A stretch of DNA of 63,812 bases, the filler included, from Stramenopiles sp. TOSAG23-2 (taxonomy: Eukaryota), in assembly GCA_900128395.1 (NCBI GenBank). It is 3 parts of 3 records of this genome, joined end to end, with 100 filler letters (N's around TTAATTAATTAA, not from the genome) between each part and the next. Parts side by side here need not be neighbours in the genome. Positions count along the whole stretch, not along the records: positions 22,729 to 45,345 come from LT649508.1; 2 more parts are not named here. The stretch is one strand, 5' to 3'. Shown piece by piece: positions 23,595-37,591 of the stretch; position 1 is the first letter of the stretch; every line of letters starts with the position of its first letter. The position numbers and the translations under genes are program-made. A model generated the notes under the pieces. That model worked only from the letters and a program-made list of their open reading frames with translations, ran no database searches and had not been told where the DNA came from.

Positions 23595-25798
23595 ATGGAT
23601 AACGATTTAAATTTTTCATCGACTTCTTCCAACAACATATTATATACAAAGACGCCACCAATTAAAAGTTTAAATACGAAAATAAAAAGATCCTTATCAA
23701 GCAGCAGACGAAACAGTTTTAAATTGAATGATGATGATAATGATATTCTTTCTCCTGCTTTAAAGTATGATATGGATTCAACGCCATCGAAAAAAATTAA
23801 ATTAAGACCATTATTATCATCCAATAAAAAAAAGAACATCGATGTTGTGGTGATGGAAGCTACAACCAAATCGTTCAGTGCATTAAGTACACCAAATAAC
23901 TTAAAATTTTCTACTGGCAGAAACAATGTAAAAATATCTTCAAAAAAGAAAAGTCATAGAAAACCATTTGGAACACTGCGTGGGGCAAATAACTCATCGA
24001 TGAAGAAAAAAAGTCATCGAAAAAAAGCGAGAAATGTTAAACCGTTAACTGCAACAAAAAAATCATCGTTATCTTCTTCGAAAAAAACATTGAAACAACC
24101 ATTTTATAAGCAACAACAAATATTTGTTAACGTGCCGTGTGGGCATTTGCAAAATTCAAGATTTAAAAAATGTGCTGAAAACAAATGTTCTCATGAATGT
24201 TGTAAACGATATTTTCAATTAGAAAATATATCCGTAACAAAAGCAGCAGATACTGAAAATATAGAAAGTGTAGATCATTCTGTGAAACAAAATATTGCCA
24301 AATCAACGAAGAAAAAACCATTGCCGTTAGTATCCAAAATTGTGACGCCTTTATCAAAGTCTAATAGACATGGAGATGAAGAAGAGGAGGAGGATGAAAG
24401 CGAATTTGACAATACTGAATTTCAACAGGCAATCAGAAAAAGTAATACATTATATTCTCAACAAAAAGCAAAGTTTGATAAATTAATGAAAGAACATTCA
24501 GAACAAACAAAAGGTTTCCATAAATTATTATCAACACCAGAGCATAGTGTTGATCGTGCATGTAAGCCAGGTCAAAATGATAATAATGAATTATTATATG
24601 GAAATGATAATGATGATGATTACAATGAGATAAATGAAAGTGTAGAAAGCATTGATGATGATAGTGGTTGGGAATCAGATGATGTACCCCCACCACCACC
24701 TCCACCTGACAATAATGATGGTGATATATCCATAGATTTGTCCAGTAGAACAACAGCAACAAATATTGTTCCACCAAAATTGGATTTAAATCCTGTATTT
24801 GATCGTATTATATCAAATAATAATACTAGTAAGAATGTCAACAATAATGAGAGTATTAAACAAAGTTATTTCAATGCGAAAAAGGGCACAAATAAGAATA
24901 ACAATAATACAACTCTTAAAATAGATATACTAACAAAAAATTATGCAAAACATTTTGTTGCAAAATTAGAAGCTGCAGTTTTGGAAGAAGGAAAAGAAAA
25001 AAATAATATGTATGGACAGAAGCAACAACAATCAGTATCAAATAATAAAGATTATGAAGGAAAAAAGCAAAGTGAAAGCAATCATGTTTCAAACAAAACA
25101 CCTACTAGACCAATGATTCCACAGCCGAGTATTAATTACAACAATAATGCAACTATAGATTCACACAGTGATAATAATAATAACAATGTCGCCATACAAG
25201 CACCAAGATCAGCACCACGATCTGCTAAAAAGCGAGCACGTATAGATTCGTCATATACAATCAATTTTAATAACAAGAACACGAATAGAAATGTCCTAGA
25301 TTCTCGGGATTATTTTGAAATATCCTCTAAATTACAACGTATTTTAAACAAAATCGAACATAAGTGTAATTATCAAAAGTTACGTAAAGGATTTTCATTC
25401 TTAATGCGAAACGCTTTGACAGCTGCAAAATCACAAGAAACTGCAGCAAAATCACAGCAAGATGCGATTAAAAATGAATTAAGACGATCGACAAAAGTTG
25501 CAGATATGGTTCGAAGAGGAAATTATAATATATTACAGAAAAAAATTGATGAATTAGCAAACAGGTTGGAAGAGGAACAAGCTTTGGTTGAAATGGCTAA
25601 TAATAGTAGACGTAGACGATCCATGATGCTAATGTCTGAACAACAGGAAAATAATTATTATCACTATCAGCAGCAACAGCAACAACATCCACAACAGCAA
25701 CAACCACAACAATTCCATGCACCACCTCCAGCACCACAACATCAGTCTCAAAATGTTAATATGCCACCACCGCCACCTCAAACTTCAAATACAGCATC

Positions 25799-25853
<55 letters not shown>

Positions 25854-26465
25854 CCGCCACAAAGTACTTCTTATACCGATAATATGAATGTTAATGTTAA
25901 TCCAGATCCAAAACATTACCAACAATATATGAATAAGACTACATTTTATGGTGACAAAGAAAATTCGAAAACAAATGTTGAAGTCCTTCAAGTAAAATCA
26001 GAAGTAGATGATGTAGGGTATAAAACAGCAATTGAAACATTTGAGACTATCTTAAATGAAAATGTTAGAGATCCAAATCATCATGCAGCATTGAATAATT
26101 TGAAGACATTACTACATATTGATGCAAATAATAACAAAGACACAAGGCCAAAAACGAAAATTAATCATTTGAAAAATGTTACTAATAAATATAACAATAG
26201 AAAATATCAAACACCGAAAGAACAATTTGAAATACCTCAAGATTTTGATGCATTGTTAGAAGCTATGCATATAACTTCGGTTCGACGACGTGTTATAAAA
26301 GAAACTACTGATCCTGATATGATTAAATGGAATGTGCGATATATTAAAAAAAAAGGAAAGAGTGAGGAGGAAGATGGAGAAGATAACAATGCTAAAAATG
26401 AAAATGCTATAGTTGTACGTGAGGTAAACGAAGTAGTGACCGGTAGAGACGAGGTGGAAAATTAA
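23595..26465 (+). CDS. Low-complexity protein of unknown function (basic N-terminus, poly-Pro, poly-Gln, short coiled coil)
   Basis: 956-aa uninterrupted ORF in AT-rich DNA; no recognisable catalytic motif. Confidence 0.75.
25800..25853 (+). repeat. (CAA)18 microsatellite encoding poly-Gln
   Basis: Directly visible. Confidence 0.9.
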
Positions 26466-26680
26466 TAATTTTATTACGAGTCGTAGTATGCATATGCATA
26501 TAGTTATTATGATGTACTATGAAATACGTTTCGTGTGTGTCTATTTAAATGATGATTAAAATCTACGAAGTAAGTTTTATACGGGGGTAATAATTTTACA
26601 CTCGAGAGAAGAAAATAATATTACTTTTCTTCTTGTACGAATTCGTACACTTTTTTACCCTGCCGCCTTCTCGATCCCTC

Positions 26681-28006
26681 TTATTTAAAACATATAAATT
26701 CAAATCCATCATCTATCATCTTGTTAGTTTTAGCAACATCACCGCCGCCTTCCGATGGCATTTTCAAACTTTGAAATTGTTGTTCAAAATTATTTTCATC
26801 ACTTGAGCTACTACTATTTTTTTGTGGTATAATCGGAAAGACTGGATCAATTGCTTTTTCAACTAATGATTTTGTAAATTTTGGTAATAAATCTGCTGCG
26901 ACAGCTGGTGAACTATTAATTTCAATTAAATGTACTTTCATATTTGTATCAATCATGAAATCATATCCAAATACGTTAAATGATTTATACGGAGAGCCAT
27001 CTAATGTTTGCAATTGATCTTTAGCTGCTATTAGCGTTGTTTGAACAATATCTTTGATTTGTGGTATAATTTTATCGTCTAATGAAACATTAAATTTTGT
27101 ATGTAGATATTCTTTAAATTCTTTAAAGAACATTTCATTGGTTGGTTCAAATTTACCATAATCTTCATGTTCCGTTTGAATACAATGATTTGATAAATGA
27201 ACAAATCTATTTGATAAACTTTCCTTATCTAGTGAAAATGCAACTGATGTAGTACGTAAAACACCTTCTTTGTACATCCATGCATTGTAATTTGAATCCA
27301 ATAATATCCAACAACGAATATCAAATTTACGATCTCCGGTTAATAATAATGGATTAATGATATATTCCTGTACAACCCAAGCAATAGAACCTGCCTTTTG
27401 ATCATCAACATGATTGATAATATCATCCACATTGTCCAAAACAATAATATTTCTACCTTTTGAACCATCACTCGGTTTTAATATCCATAGATTATTTTTT
27501 GGTCCTAAGTTCTTTTCTCGATCTTCAAAAGCCATTTTAAATTGAGCACGTTCACTTCTTTCAGGTTTTGCAGGATAAAATAGAAATGATCGAGGTAAAA
27601 AATCTGGCATTGGTTTTTGTATCGTCTCAAAATATGCTCTCATAGTATCTACTAAAAAGGATTTACGGCAAATTATTTGAAATCCACGATAAAAATTCAA
27701 CAAACGTTGATGGGTTGGATGTGTGCTTGTTGGTGCACCACTAGCAGAGAGGCGTTTAAAAGGTATACCATCTCCACATGCTCCACCTAGAAATAAATTG
27801 AAGACATTAGCTGTATTCTTTCTTCTACCCCATCTGTTATCGTTTTCATCGTTTTGTTTAGTCCTTGATATTAAAAAACGTGTTACTGAAATGTACAAAG
27901 TACCTAATTTACAGTTTTGTTCTGCATGTTCTTCTGGAGTTACCTTTCCACCTAAATATCCATAGGCGACAAATGAATACGTACGTTTTTTTCTCCTTGT
28001 TGACAT
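26681..28006 (-). CDS. TTL: Tubulin-tyrosine ligase
   Basis: FNLFLG..IPFKRL, LLNFYRGFQIICRK, WILKPSDGSKG, RKFDIRCW, HLSNHCIQ, FGYDFMID, LIEINSSPA; the N-terminal motifs match TTL proper rather than TTLL paralogues; first ATG at 28006. Confidence 0.88.
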   Translation of the reverse strand: MSTRRKKRTYSFVAYGYLGGKVTPEEHAEQNCKLGTLYISVTRFLISRTKQNDENDNRWGRRKNTANVFNLFLGGACGDGIPFKRLSASGAPTSTHPTHQRLLNFYRGFQIICRKSFLVDTMRAYFETIQKPMPDFLPRSFLFYPAKPERSERAQFKMAFEDREKNLGPKNNLWILKPSDGSKGRNIIVLDNVDDIINHVDDQKAGSIAWVVQEYIINPLLLTGDRKFDIRCWILLDSNYNAWMYKEGVLRTTSVAFSLDKESLSNRFVHLSNHCIQTEHEDYGKFEPTNEMFFKEFKEYLHTKFNVSLDDKIIPQIKDIVQTTLIAAKDQLQTLDGSPYKSFNVFGYDFMIDTNMKVHLIEINSSPAVAADLLPKFTKSLVEKAIDPVFPIIPQKNSSSSSDENNFEQQFQSLKMPSEGGGDVAKTNKMIDDGFEFICFK

Positions 28007-28511
28007 TGTTGTTATACGTGTGTAAGGTAGGTAGATATGCAAGATTACTTTAGAGATGTGGAATGCTTTTCTACACTTTCTCTAGATAGATGATTAGCAG
28101 TTGCATTCTTTTATTTTTATTATCATACTAAATAATAATACTATATTATTATCATATTACCTCTGGTACTTGGTATTGTTGCTATTATTGAAATTATTAT
28201 TATTTATTTCCATCAAAACCAGGCAAAAAATATACCTACAGTACCTATGATACGTGCATAGTAATTATTAACATTCAAAAGTACTATTAATATACCAATA
28301 GGTAAATTCACTTGTTGTTGTTTTTTTATTAGCGTTGCATTAGTGAGTTAGAATTTAAATTATAGTTCTCAGTTCTTAGTTCTCAGTTCTCAGTTCTCAG
28401 TTATTACATATATTACGTAAATATTAAATATACTCTCGTATATATTATTTCTAATTATTATAAAAAGTAAATGTACGCAAAAAAATAAATAAAATTACAA
28501 ATTCAACATGT

Positions 28512-31500
28512 TCACACACTTTCATCATGATGCCCTTCCTCTTCCTCATCATGCTTTTCCTCCTCGAATGCTTGTTTTTCTGATTTTTTTGCAATTTCTA
28601 AAAACACGCTTTCCAAGGTTGTCTGTTGCAAACTCCACTCTTCAATAAGCGTTTTTCGTTGATTTTGTAAAGCTTCAAAAATCATACTGATTTTAATATT
28701 ATCATTTGCTATACTATAAATAATGGAATCACCATGTTCTAAAATTCAAAGGAAATTATTGGTGTTGTGCAAAGCAATATGATATTATAATATATATTAG
28801 ATATATTGTGAGATATGATATGTTAATTTAAATGTAATTATTTATCAATTTAAAGAATAAAAAAAAACTTACCTTCTGTTGGCATGCGCCTTGCTTCATT
28901 TGAAATTGTTGTTTTAACAAAGGTATCAACATCATTTATATTTGCATTGTTTTTCAATACAATTGTTAATTTATAACCACTACCAAATTTATTCTTTAAA
29001 TGCAACTGCGAGCCTATACATCGCAATGTCCCAGAAGCCATGATGCCTACCCTGGTACTTAATGCATCAGCTTCTTCCATGCTGTGTGTTGTCAAGATAA
29101 TAGCCTTTCCTTTCGATTGTTTTTCTATAATTCTCCAAACTACAACCACGGTTGTAGTTTGTATTAATTTCATATGAGAGTGATATTATTATAAAATAAT
29201 AATTATTATTATGGTCAAGGCATATTACTGTTAATAAATATAAATACATACGTGTACAAGGTAAGAGATAACTTAATACATACCTCCTAATTTTGTTTCT
29301 GGGTCTAAACCAGTAGTGGGTTCATCGAAATATAAAATACTTGGGTCTCCAATGATTGCAATTGCTATTGATAATCTACGTTTCATTCCGCCACTTAACT
29401 TTGATGCTTGCCTATGAAAATCATCTCCACCAAGTTCTACTTGCCCTGCTATATCTTGAACTATAGCCATTTCATATTTCTTTTTGACCCCTCTTAATCT
29501 TGCATAAAATAAAAGATGTTCCTTCACGGTCAGTTTTGGCCAAACAACATCAAATTGCGGACATAATCCAGTGATTCTTCTTACATTTCTAATATTCTCA
29601 TTTCCGTGGTCTGTGACATCAAAACCTCCAATAAAAGCATTTCCACTGGTCGCTTTTATAAGTCCACTTAAAATTTGTATCGATGTAGTTTTACCAGCAC
29701 CATTTGGTCCAAGAAGGGAAAATACTTCGTCGTAATCTATTGCAAAAGTAATTCCATCCACAGCAACTTTCGGTGGAGATGCTTGTTGGAAAATTTTTCT
29801 CAAACCAACTATTTTCACTGGCATATCATTTTTATTTAATGCATTCACACGCGTTTCTTCTTCCAATACATCGGAGTCTACAATTCTTTTTTTCCTTGCG
29901 TATGTCGTATATTTTGACGATCCAATTTGTTTATTTTTCTTTCTACATTTACACAAAACCTTGTTTAAAAGATATTTAGAAATAAAAGTCCCTGTTTCCT
30001 CATATAAACTTTGATAATGTATGTATATCCCAATCAAGCCTAGCAATGAGCTTGTCCAGAACATATTTAAGCATGCCATCACAATTGTATGCGGTTGTGC
30101 AGCATTCCTTAGTATTAAAATCAAGGAATATGCAAAAGCAGTGGGAGGGAAAAGCCATAAAATATATGGAAGCCCTTCGCTGCTGTCGATCCATCGAATA
30201 GCCTGCGTTATCCCCATTAATAATAACATGACGAGATACGCAGATAGCGTCTGCAAACGAGTTCTTTTTAAAATCATTGACAAAAAGATACCAAAACCAA
30301 TTTGAGCATATCCCCATACAATTAACATTGCAAAAAGCTGGCCAAAGTTGCAATTTGTAATAACGATCGATCCAAATATATATTGGAAAAGAACAAATGC
30401 AGTGGTAAACGCACTATATACAGCATAGTGAAAAAGATATACGGCACTCCAATATGCAAGTAAACTCCCATTTTGTCCAATAATAGCATGGATTAATTTT
30501 TCCCTCAATTCCATCCCAACAATATAAACAATTCCAGGCAAAGCAAGCATTGTCATTACAGGAAAATAATTCAACAACCAAGTTAATTGTTCCTCAAAAC
30601 GCCAATCCCTTTCAAATCGTAAGTATGGCATGGCGGTTATTTGGGAATTAATTTGAAAATCGTGGTGTTCATTTTCTATAAGGTTGTTATGTTTATAATT
30701 ATCATACAATGCACTGTTTAAAATATGTGTTGTTAAAAAAATTGGTTGAATTAAGAAAGGGCGTTTATCTCGCCTTTGACTCCTTCCATGGTCATGATAA
30801 TGATAATACCTTTTTAATTTTTAGTATATAAAAGTATTGTTAGTTACACCTGAACAAGAAAACAAAAAGCAATGGATACATATATAACTTACGATAATGG
30901 AACAAATGCCTGGGGCCTGATACCTTGACAAATATGGTCATCACGTTGTTTTACTTCTTTCTTGTCGTGTGAATCCCCCTGTGAATAGAAAATTGATGCC
31001 CACCTGTATGTGGCATCTTCTTCACCGTCAGGTATCGCATAAATATGAATGGTATACTTCAGCTGCATGTCTAAGTTTTTTTGCTTCACACTACCACTTG
31101 TTTTTACCTGCTCAAATGTAATTGCATAATCAGGAAACAGTTTTTTTTGTGTATTGATAGCCAATTCCACGGTTGGCACCTCCTGAGACATTTCGCCAAT
31201 CCTGTTCAATTCGCGTTCCCTATGCCAATGATCATGATGCTCATTGCTCATAAAATTTTCCATGCAATCCATATCACTCCGAGGAATGCTTTGGGATTCA
31301 ACTTTTTTCTGGTTTTCTATTAAGATGGCCGCGATGTTTTTATGATGTGAAATATTTATCCCGAGACATCCGAGCATATATTTTGTCGAATTAAAATATA
31401 TTGGCTCAGAAGAAGAAATATTCTTACCATTATGAATATTTCCTAGAGCATTCATCGAAATTGGATGGACAACAGAATCTTTATTCTCAATCCATAGCCT

Positions 31501-34500
31501 AACCAAGTAAGGTTCCAAAGGACTCTCACCTCTCATTGTATTGGCCAAAACACAAAAATCTGGGTACATCGAATCGTTTTGTAATGTCTTTGTTTCCCTA
31601 AATCCATAAACACGCATCCTTTCTTCCATCATTTGTTCATATTCAAATTTCTTCTTTTCCTCGTAACTCATTTCATCTAATTCGTGTAAAAATCTACGAC
31701 CGCTACTATTATTATTGTTAACATCTGGCAAATCGTCTTTGATATGAACAGACGTGTTGTTGATAAAAACGGAAGTGTTTCTATATAAACTACAATCTTC
31801 TCTATAGTTACATTTTCCACCCAAAATGTAATCATGCCAATGAGTTTCATTGCATAAATCAAACCCCCCACCACCAGCATCTTCGACCTCAAAAGTTAAG
31901 CCGCCTGAACAGATTCCTGGTGTTTTCTGTCTTCTCTTGTATTCTTCCTCACCGCCCAACATTGCCCAATGCACAATTAACAATACCAATGATGCTCCGA
32001 AAAGGAAAAACAATTTACAAAAATTGCCAATTTTTTGTTTTTTTAACATTGCATAATCTTTACCCATAAATGCTTTTATTTGTAGCCTTATTGTGCCTTG
32101 CTTTTCGGATGCAAATTTACTAGCTGTGGTATCTAGATTCTGTTCTTTATTGTCATCTATTGCTTTCGTTTTGCTTTCTTCTTCCTCGACTTCCTTTTCC
32201 GTTTCTTCATTTTCATTTTTTAAATTCCTACCAGCAATACGATATAATTGATCAGAAATAACTAAAGGTGCACCTGTGGTGCTATATAACTTAATTGGTT
32301 GGAGTTCCTCATCATTTGCTTCAATAATAGCTTTAAGGGTTGGTAACTTAGAATCATTTTGTAATACAACTGCGTCTTCTCCACCCAAACCGTCCGTATT
32401 GCCTCCCGTATTTGCATTGACCTGTTTTGTTTGTGCTACTAAACGTAGGAATACTTCCTCCAAGGTAGTGTTTGATATGCTCCATTCCTTTACCAACGCA
32501 TCTTTTCCGTGCTTCTCAGCTTCTGCTTCTATGTATTTAAAAAAACCAGGTATTAAAGGCGTCACTCGTTTAGGCAAACCAAACGTCAACGCACCAGCAG
32601 CATTGGCCAATGTTTCCGCGCCAGGCAAATGATGGTTCACTAATTGAATGACTTTATCGGTATCTTTTTCCATGCACATCATTGAGATCGAATACCCGCT
32701 TCCAAATTTATTTTTCAAGAAAAAACTTGTTCCAATTGCCCGTAAACGACCAGCGCTTAAAATGGCTATTTCATCGGACAACGCATCTGCCTCTTCCATG
32801 CTATGCGTCGTTAACACTATAATTCGTCCTTTTTTTAAGCGTTCAATCATTTTCCATATTCGACTACGCGACAATGGGTCTAAACCAGTTGTTGGCTCGT
32901 CTAAGAAAATCACTTTTGGATGCCCCATAGCGCTCATTCCTACAGACAAACGACGTCTCATTCCCCCACTAAATGTGGAGGCTAAAACGTCCCCTTTCCC
33001 TTCCAAAGAAATGTCTGCCAATGTTTGACGGACATGCGCATCTAATTGATTGCGTGGAACGCCTTTAAATCTAGCCCAAAATCGTAGATGCTCCTCAGCA
33101 CTCATTTCTTTAAACAAGATGTCCTCTTGAGGACACACTCCCATCATCTTTTGTACTTGCGTCATGTCCTTTTTAATGCTTTTTCCAAGAACAAATACTT
33201 CACCATGTGTAACATTATATAAGCCTGTTAAACAATTGATTGCAGTCGTTTTTCCAGCACCATTGTGTCCTAATAAACAAAAAACTTGATTACTTTTCAT
33301 GATCAACGAAACTTCTTTTAATGCTGTGACAGTTTTAAATGATTTCGACATATTGTACACTCGTAAACTACGTTCACGTTTACTCTTTACCCTTTCCTCG
33401 TTAAGACGATCCCCATCAACGACAGTTTCTTCCTTTCCATTTTCTTCATGTTTTCTGCTTATACATGCCCAATATTTACGAGATAAGCAAAATAATTTCT
33501 TTTTCGCTCCTTTGCTAAAAATTTGTGCAAAATACCAAGTCAAGGCAATATATATAATTGTAAGTGCAAACATGTACATCATTTCATCATGGATGGATGG
33601 TGCCCACCATATAGGGCCAATTTCGTCACCATGATGGTCGTACTATGTTAAAATAAATAAGCAGATTATATGGAAATATTTTTTTCTGTTAGCATAATTA
33701 TTGTAAACATAATTTTTTTATAGTATAATTAAAATATGAAATACAGAGAATAAATGAATGTGTATATACATGTACATGTGTACTTACAATTGCATCGAAT
33801 GGTTCACCTGTATCTTTGCCAATTTTATCGTATATCATATCCCATTTATAATATGTACTATTGGCTGTGACATTTTTTTGGACCGTACTGTTATCACGTT
33901 TAACGTTTGTAGTTGAAGAGGACGGACCAGCTGTTGTTACACTTTGCGTCTCTTCTATTCCCATACCTTCTACCTTTGTTACAGTCAATATGTTGAAAAA
34001 TATTCTTATATAATGAAACCAAGGCATCATAAAAAAACAAAATTGTACAATCGGTGAATATTCGATTGAATAACTCTCGTTCCATATAGTACCATCTTCA
34101 TGCCCATTGACGAAAGTGCAAAAAAGTATCACAAATACAAGTAAAAGGAATGAAACTAAATTTACGCTATTCATACCCGTCAAAAACGAACTTAGAAACA
34201 ATCCCATACTATACATAGATGTAAGAAAGAAAAACCATGCTACAAAATGAACACCAAAGTCACAATTTTTGAAGAGATAAATATTAGTAAAAAATTTACC
34301 AACAATCGCCGCTACTAAACCTGAGCACAAAGATATTACAACTAATACAATCATCCAACTTATCCAATATGTGCCTTCATGTAGACCCATCATACGCATG
34401 TATCCAAGTAACCGTGCACGTTTCTCGCCTGTAACCGCGTTTATGATTAACAACGCTGAAACCAGTGGTCCTATTGGCAAAATCATTGGCCCCCCGAAAG

Positions 34501-35458
34501 GAATAAAACTTTGCGCATTGGAATACACATCCAGATTATCACGGTTTTTAATTGCTTCCTCAAGTTCGTAATCTGGTATTGGTTTCAGTGTTATTTGCAA
34601 GTCTATCTTTGACGGATCGCCACCGTTATTACGTACAATTATAGCTTGGTTGATATTATTTTGCAACGCAATGTTTTGCAAAGGAAAAAAACTTTCTGCA
34701 TCTGAGTTAGTGTTAGATAAACTTACTGCATATCGCTCAAAGTTCGATGCGTTTACCATCAATGTATACGTAGCACCCGTTGGGTCATTTTCGATATCAA
34801 AAAATAATGCTGCATCCAATGCTCCTAAATGGCTGAACATGAATTTTGAAATTTCTAACTTATCTTTCATACCGACAATATCAGCGCCACCTGCAAGGTC
34901 CCGGTACTTTTGTCCATCCGAAGGAAAAATAATATCACTTGACTTTTCAACACCAACTTTAATTTTCCAACCGTCATTATTGACTACTTTTTCGTTTTCT
35001 TCTTCTTTATTTTCGTTGTCTACGAATATATTCATAATATCGTCTGTTACTTCAGTAGAAGGCCCATACATTATGGTAATGCACGATGGGCTTTGGTCAT
35101 CAAACCCAATACACTGAATAGGTTTTAGTTGAATACCAATAGGTTCGACATATTCACTTCTATGAGAATTCAACGCTCCAGTGTTTATGATAGCTAATTC
35201 CATAATAAATAAACTAGGTAAAAAGACTAACAATAATACAGTGCATATTCTCCTTGATAATATTATTATATTTTTCATTACCAAGGCATCCATTTGCGAT
35301 GTCCACTCGTACAACCAAGTATTTGATACTGACGTTTGACCGTTAAGTGTTGGTGAATAAAAAAATTTAAAGTTTGAAGGTGGGTTTAAATTTGTATCAT
35401 TATTATTATTATTATCGACTACTGATGAAACATCTACGTTATATTTGCTAGTAGACAT
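28512..35458 (-). CDS. ABCA full transporter, 5 exons (35458-33788, 33642-30893, 30809-29284, 29139-28873, 28738-28512), ~2146 aa
   Basis: Two TMD-NBD halves (GHNGAGKTT/FSGGMRRRL/LDEPTTGLDP; GPNGAGKTT/LSGGMKRRL), ABCA tails TTLEEVFL and TTLESVFL; four GT-AG introns restore the frame. Confidence 0.93.
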
Positions 35459-36036
35459 CGTATTTTTTTGTGCCGTATCTTATAATATATAGCTAAGATG
35501 GAAATTGTGCAAAATTACTATTACAATTAATTGAATATACCACGCGTTCTGTATTTCAAAATGCTAGCAAACAATACGCAATACAGTATCCTAATGAAAA
35601 GGTGTGTTTTGTATTTTAGAAATATATATATGATGCTCTTTCATGTGTGTAAAAAAAAGTAATAAAAAAAAGCGACTGCATGCTGTGCAGTGCTATACAG
35701 GCTACCCTCTAAACCCTGTCAAAACTGTACAAACGTAACATCATATAAGTCTCTGGATTGGCTGGTGCGCTGTGCTATATTTATAATTTCATCAATAATA
35801 ATATTAATACCTGTAATACCAGGTAGAGGGTATAGAGGGTAGAGGTAGCACTTTATTTAATGTGCTATTATTATATAATAATAATACGCATATTATTATT
35901 GTTGAATTTCTTCGGGTTGGTTGCTCGGATCAAAAAACAAACACATCAATGCAAATCTAAAATAGAAAACCGGAAGCTATAGCTATAGTTTTTTTTCTAT
36001 ACAATAAGATATAGTATAACATATATGTAAATATGT

Positions 36037-37173
36037 ATGCCAAGTATAATGAAGAAGAAAAAATATCCAACGGCAACATCCCCATCCTCACAACGAAAGT
36101 TAGGTTTCAGTTATGATAAATATAAACGAAATAAAAAAAAAGAAGAAAAAAAACAAACAAAGATTATTAATAATCAAAAAAAGCTTGTATATAAAGTACT
36201 TCCTCCAGGTGTTCGTAAACCACCATCTGCAAGCAGTAAATATATTATCCATAATAATAATAATAATGTAAACAATCAATATAAAAGAACTGTCTCGGTT
36301 GAAGATAGAATTGGTAATTATCACAAAGGTAAACAAATTGGAGCTGGATCATTTGGCAGTGTATATTTAGCATTAAGTGCAACAACTGGAAGAATTATGG
36401 CCTTAAAAGAAGTTGAATTTCATGATAAAGAAGATGCTCCAAAATTAGTTCAAGAAATATCTTTATTGGCATCTTTAAAACATCCAAATATTGTATCCTA
36501 TTTAGGTTCAAGAATAGAAGGACAACGTATGGAAAAAATATGTATTTTCACGGAATGGTTACCTGGCGGAAGTTTAAAATCGGTGATAAAATCATTTAAT
36601 AATCTTCCAATAAGTGTTGTGCGTTTATACACAACACATATTTTATGTGGTTTAAAATATTTACATGAATGTGGTGTTGCACATCGTGATTTAAAATGCG
36701 AAAATGTATTAATATCTGATAATGGTATGGCAAAATTAGCTGATTTTGGTCAAGCACGTCGAAAACAAGTGATGAAATCATCTAATTTTAACGGCGATAT
36801 CATAGGAGGAGGAGATCATTTAGATACACCAGCAATAATTGGAACGCCATATTTCATGGCACCAGAAGTAATTAAACAAGAAAAAGGTCATGATGAACTT
36901 TTAGCTGATATTTGGTCTTTAGGAGGTACAATACTTGAAATGGCAACATCTAATCCTCCATGGAGCGATAAAAATTTTAGAACAATACCACAGCTTTTTT
37001 TATATGTTAGCAAACATGAAGATGAAATCCCATATATAGATGAAAAATTGCCAGCAACATTAATTGATCTGATAAAAAAATGTTTATGTCGAAAACCTAA
37101 GCGTCGTGTCCATGCTGGTATTTTAATAGGTCATCGTTTTGTAATGTCAAGTCCTCAGAAAAAAAAAAGGTGA
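36037..37173 (+). CDS. STE11/NPK1-like MAP kinase kinase kinase
   Basis: IGAGSFGSVY, MALKEV, HPNIVSYLG, HRDLKCEN, DFG, GTPYFMAPE, ADIWSLGGTILEMAT..PPW. Confidence 0.9.
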   Translation: MPSIMKKKKYPTATSPSSQRKLGFSYDKYKRNKKKEEKKQTKIINNQKKLVYKVLPPGVRKPPSASSKYIIHNNNNNVNNQYKRTVSVEDRIGNYHKGKQIGAGSFGSVYLALSATTGRIMALKEVEFHDKEDAPKLVQEISLLASLKHPNIVSYLGSRIEGQRMEKICIFTEWLPGGSLKSVIKSFNNLPISVVRLYTTHILCGLKYLHECGVAHRDLKCENVLISDNGMAKLADFGQARRKQVMKSSNFNGDIIGGGDHLDTPAIIGTPYFMAPEVIKQEKGHDELLADIWSLGGTILEMATSNPPWSDKNFRTIPQLFLYVSKHEDEIPYIDEKLPATLIDLIKKCLCRKPKRRVHAGILIGHRFVMSSPQKKKR

Positions 37174-37591
37174 CAAAGTGTTATATTCGTAGTAAGAGAG
37201 GTAATATGAGAAGGTTTTTTGGTGTTTTTCAATATGCATCATATATAATATACGAACGCTTCGTATTTCATACTCGTATTATATTTTATTATATAAAATA
37301 TTATACTAAAAATATACGACGTTAACATGAGTGTATTTTTGATATGGTCATAAAATCATTTTTAAATAAAATATATGAGTAAGAGAACATTTTATATAAT
37401 ATTGTTTTTTTAAAATGTTTACCGATCGTATAATACATAATAATTATACCAAATATTATTTTTTTGTAGAACGACACATCATTTTTCCAGTTTTCTTTTT
37501 TCTTTGTTAGACTATAGACTACAGGTAGACTATATATTTTTTTTACGAACCGTAATAAAATATTTAAATTTCCACACCCCAACATCTTTTT

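Noticed and set aside
28850-35458. Four separate ABC-like ORFs as a fragmented pseudogene or operon
   Set aside because: Canonical GT-AG introns join them, plus a last exon, into one intact ABCA gene
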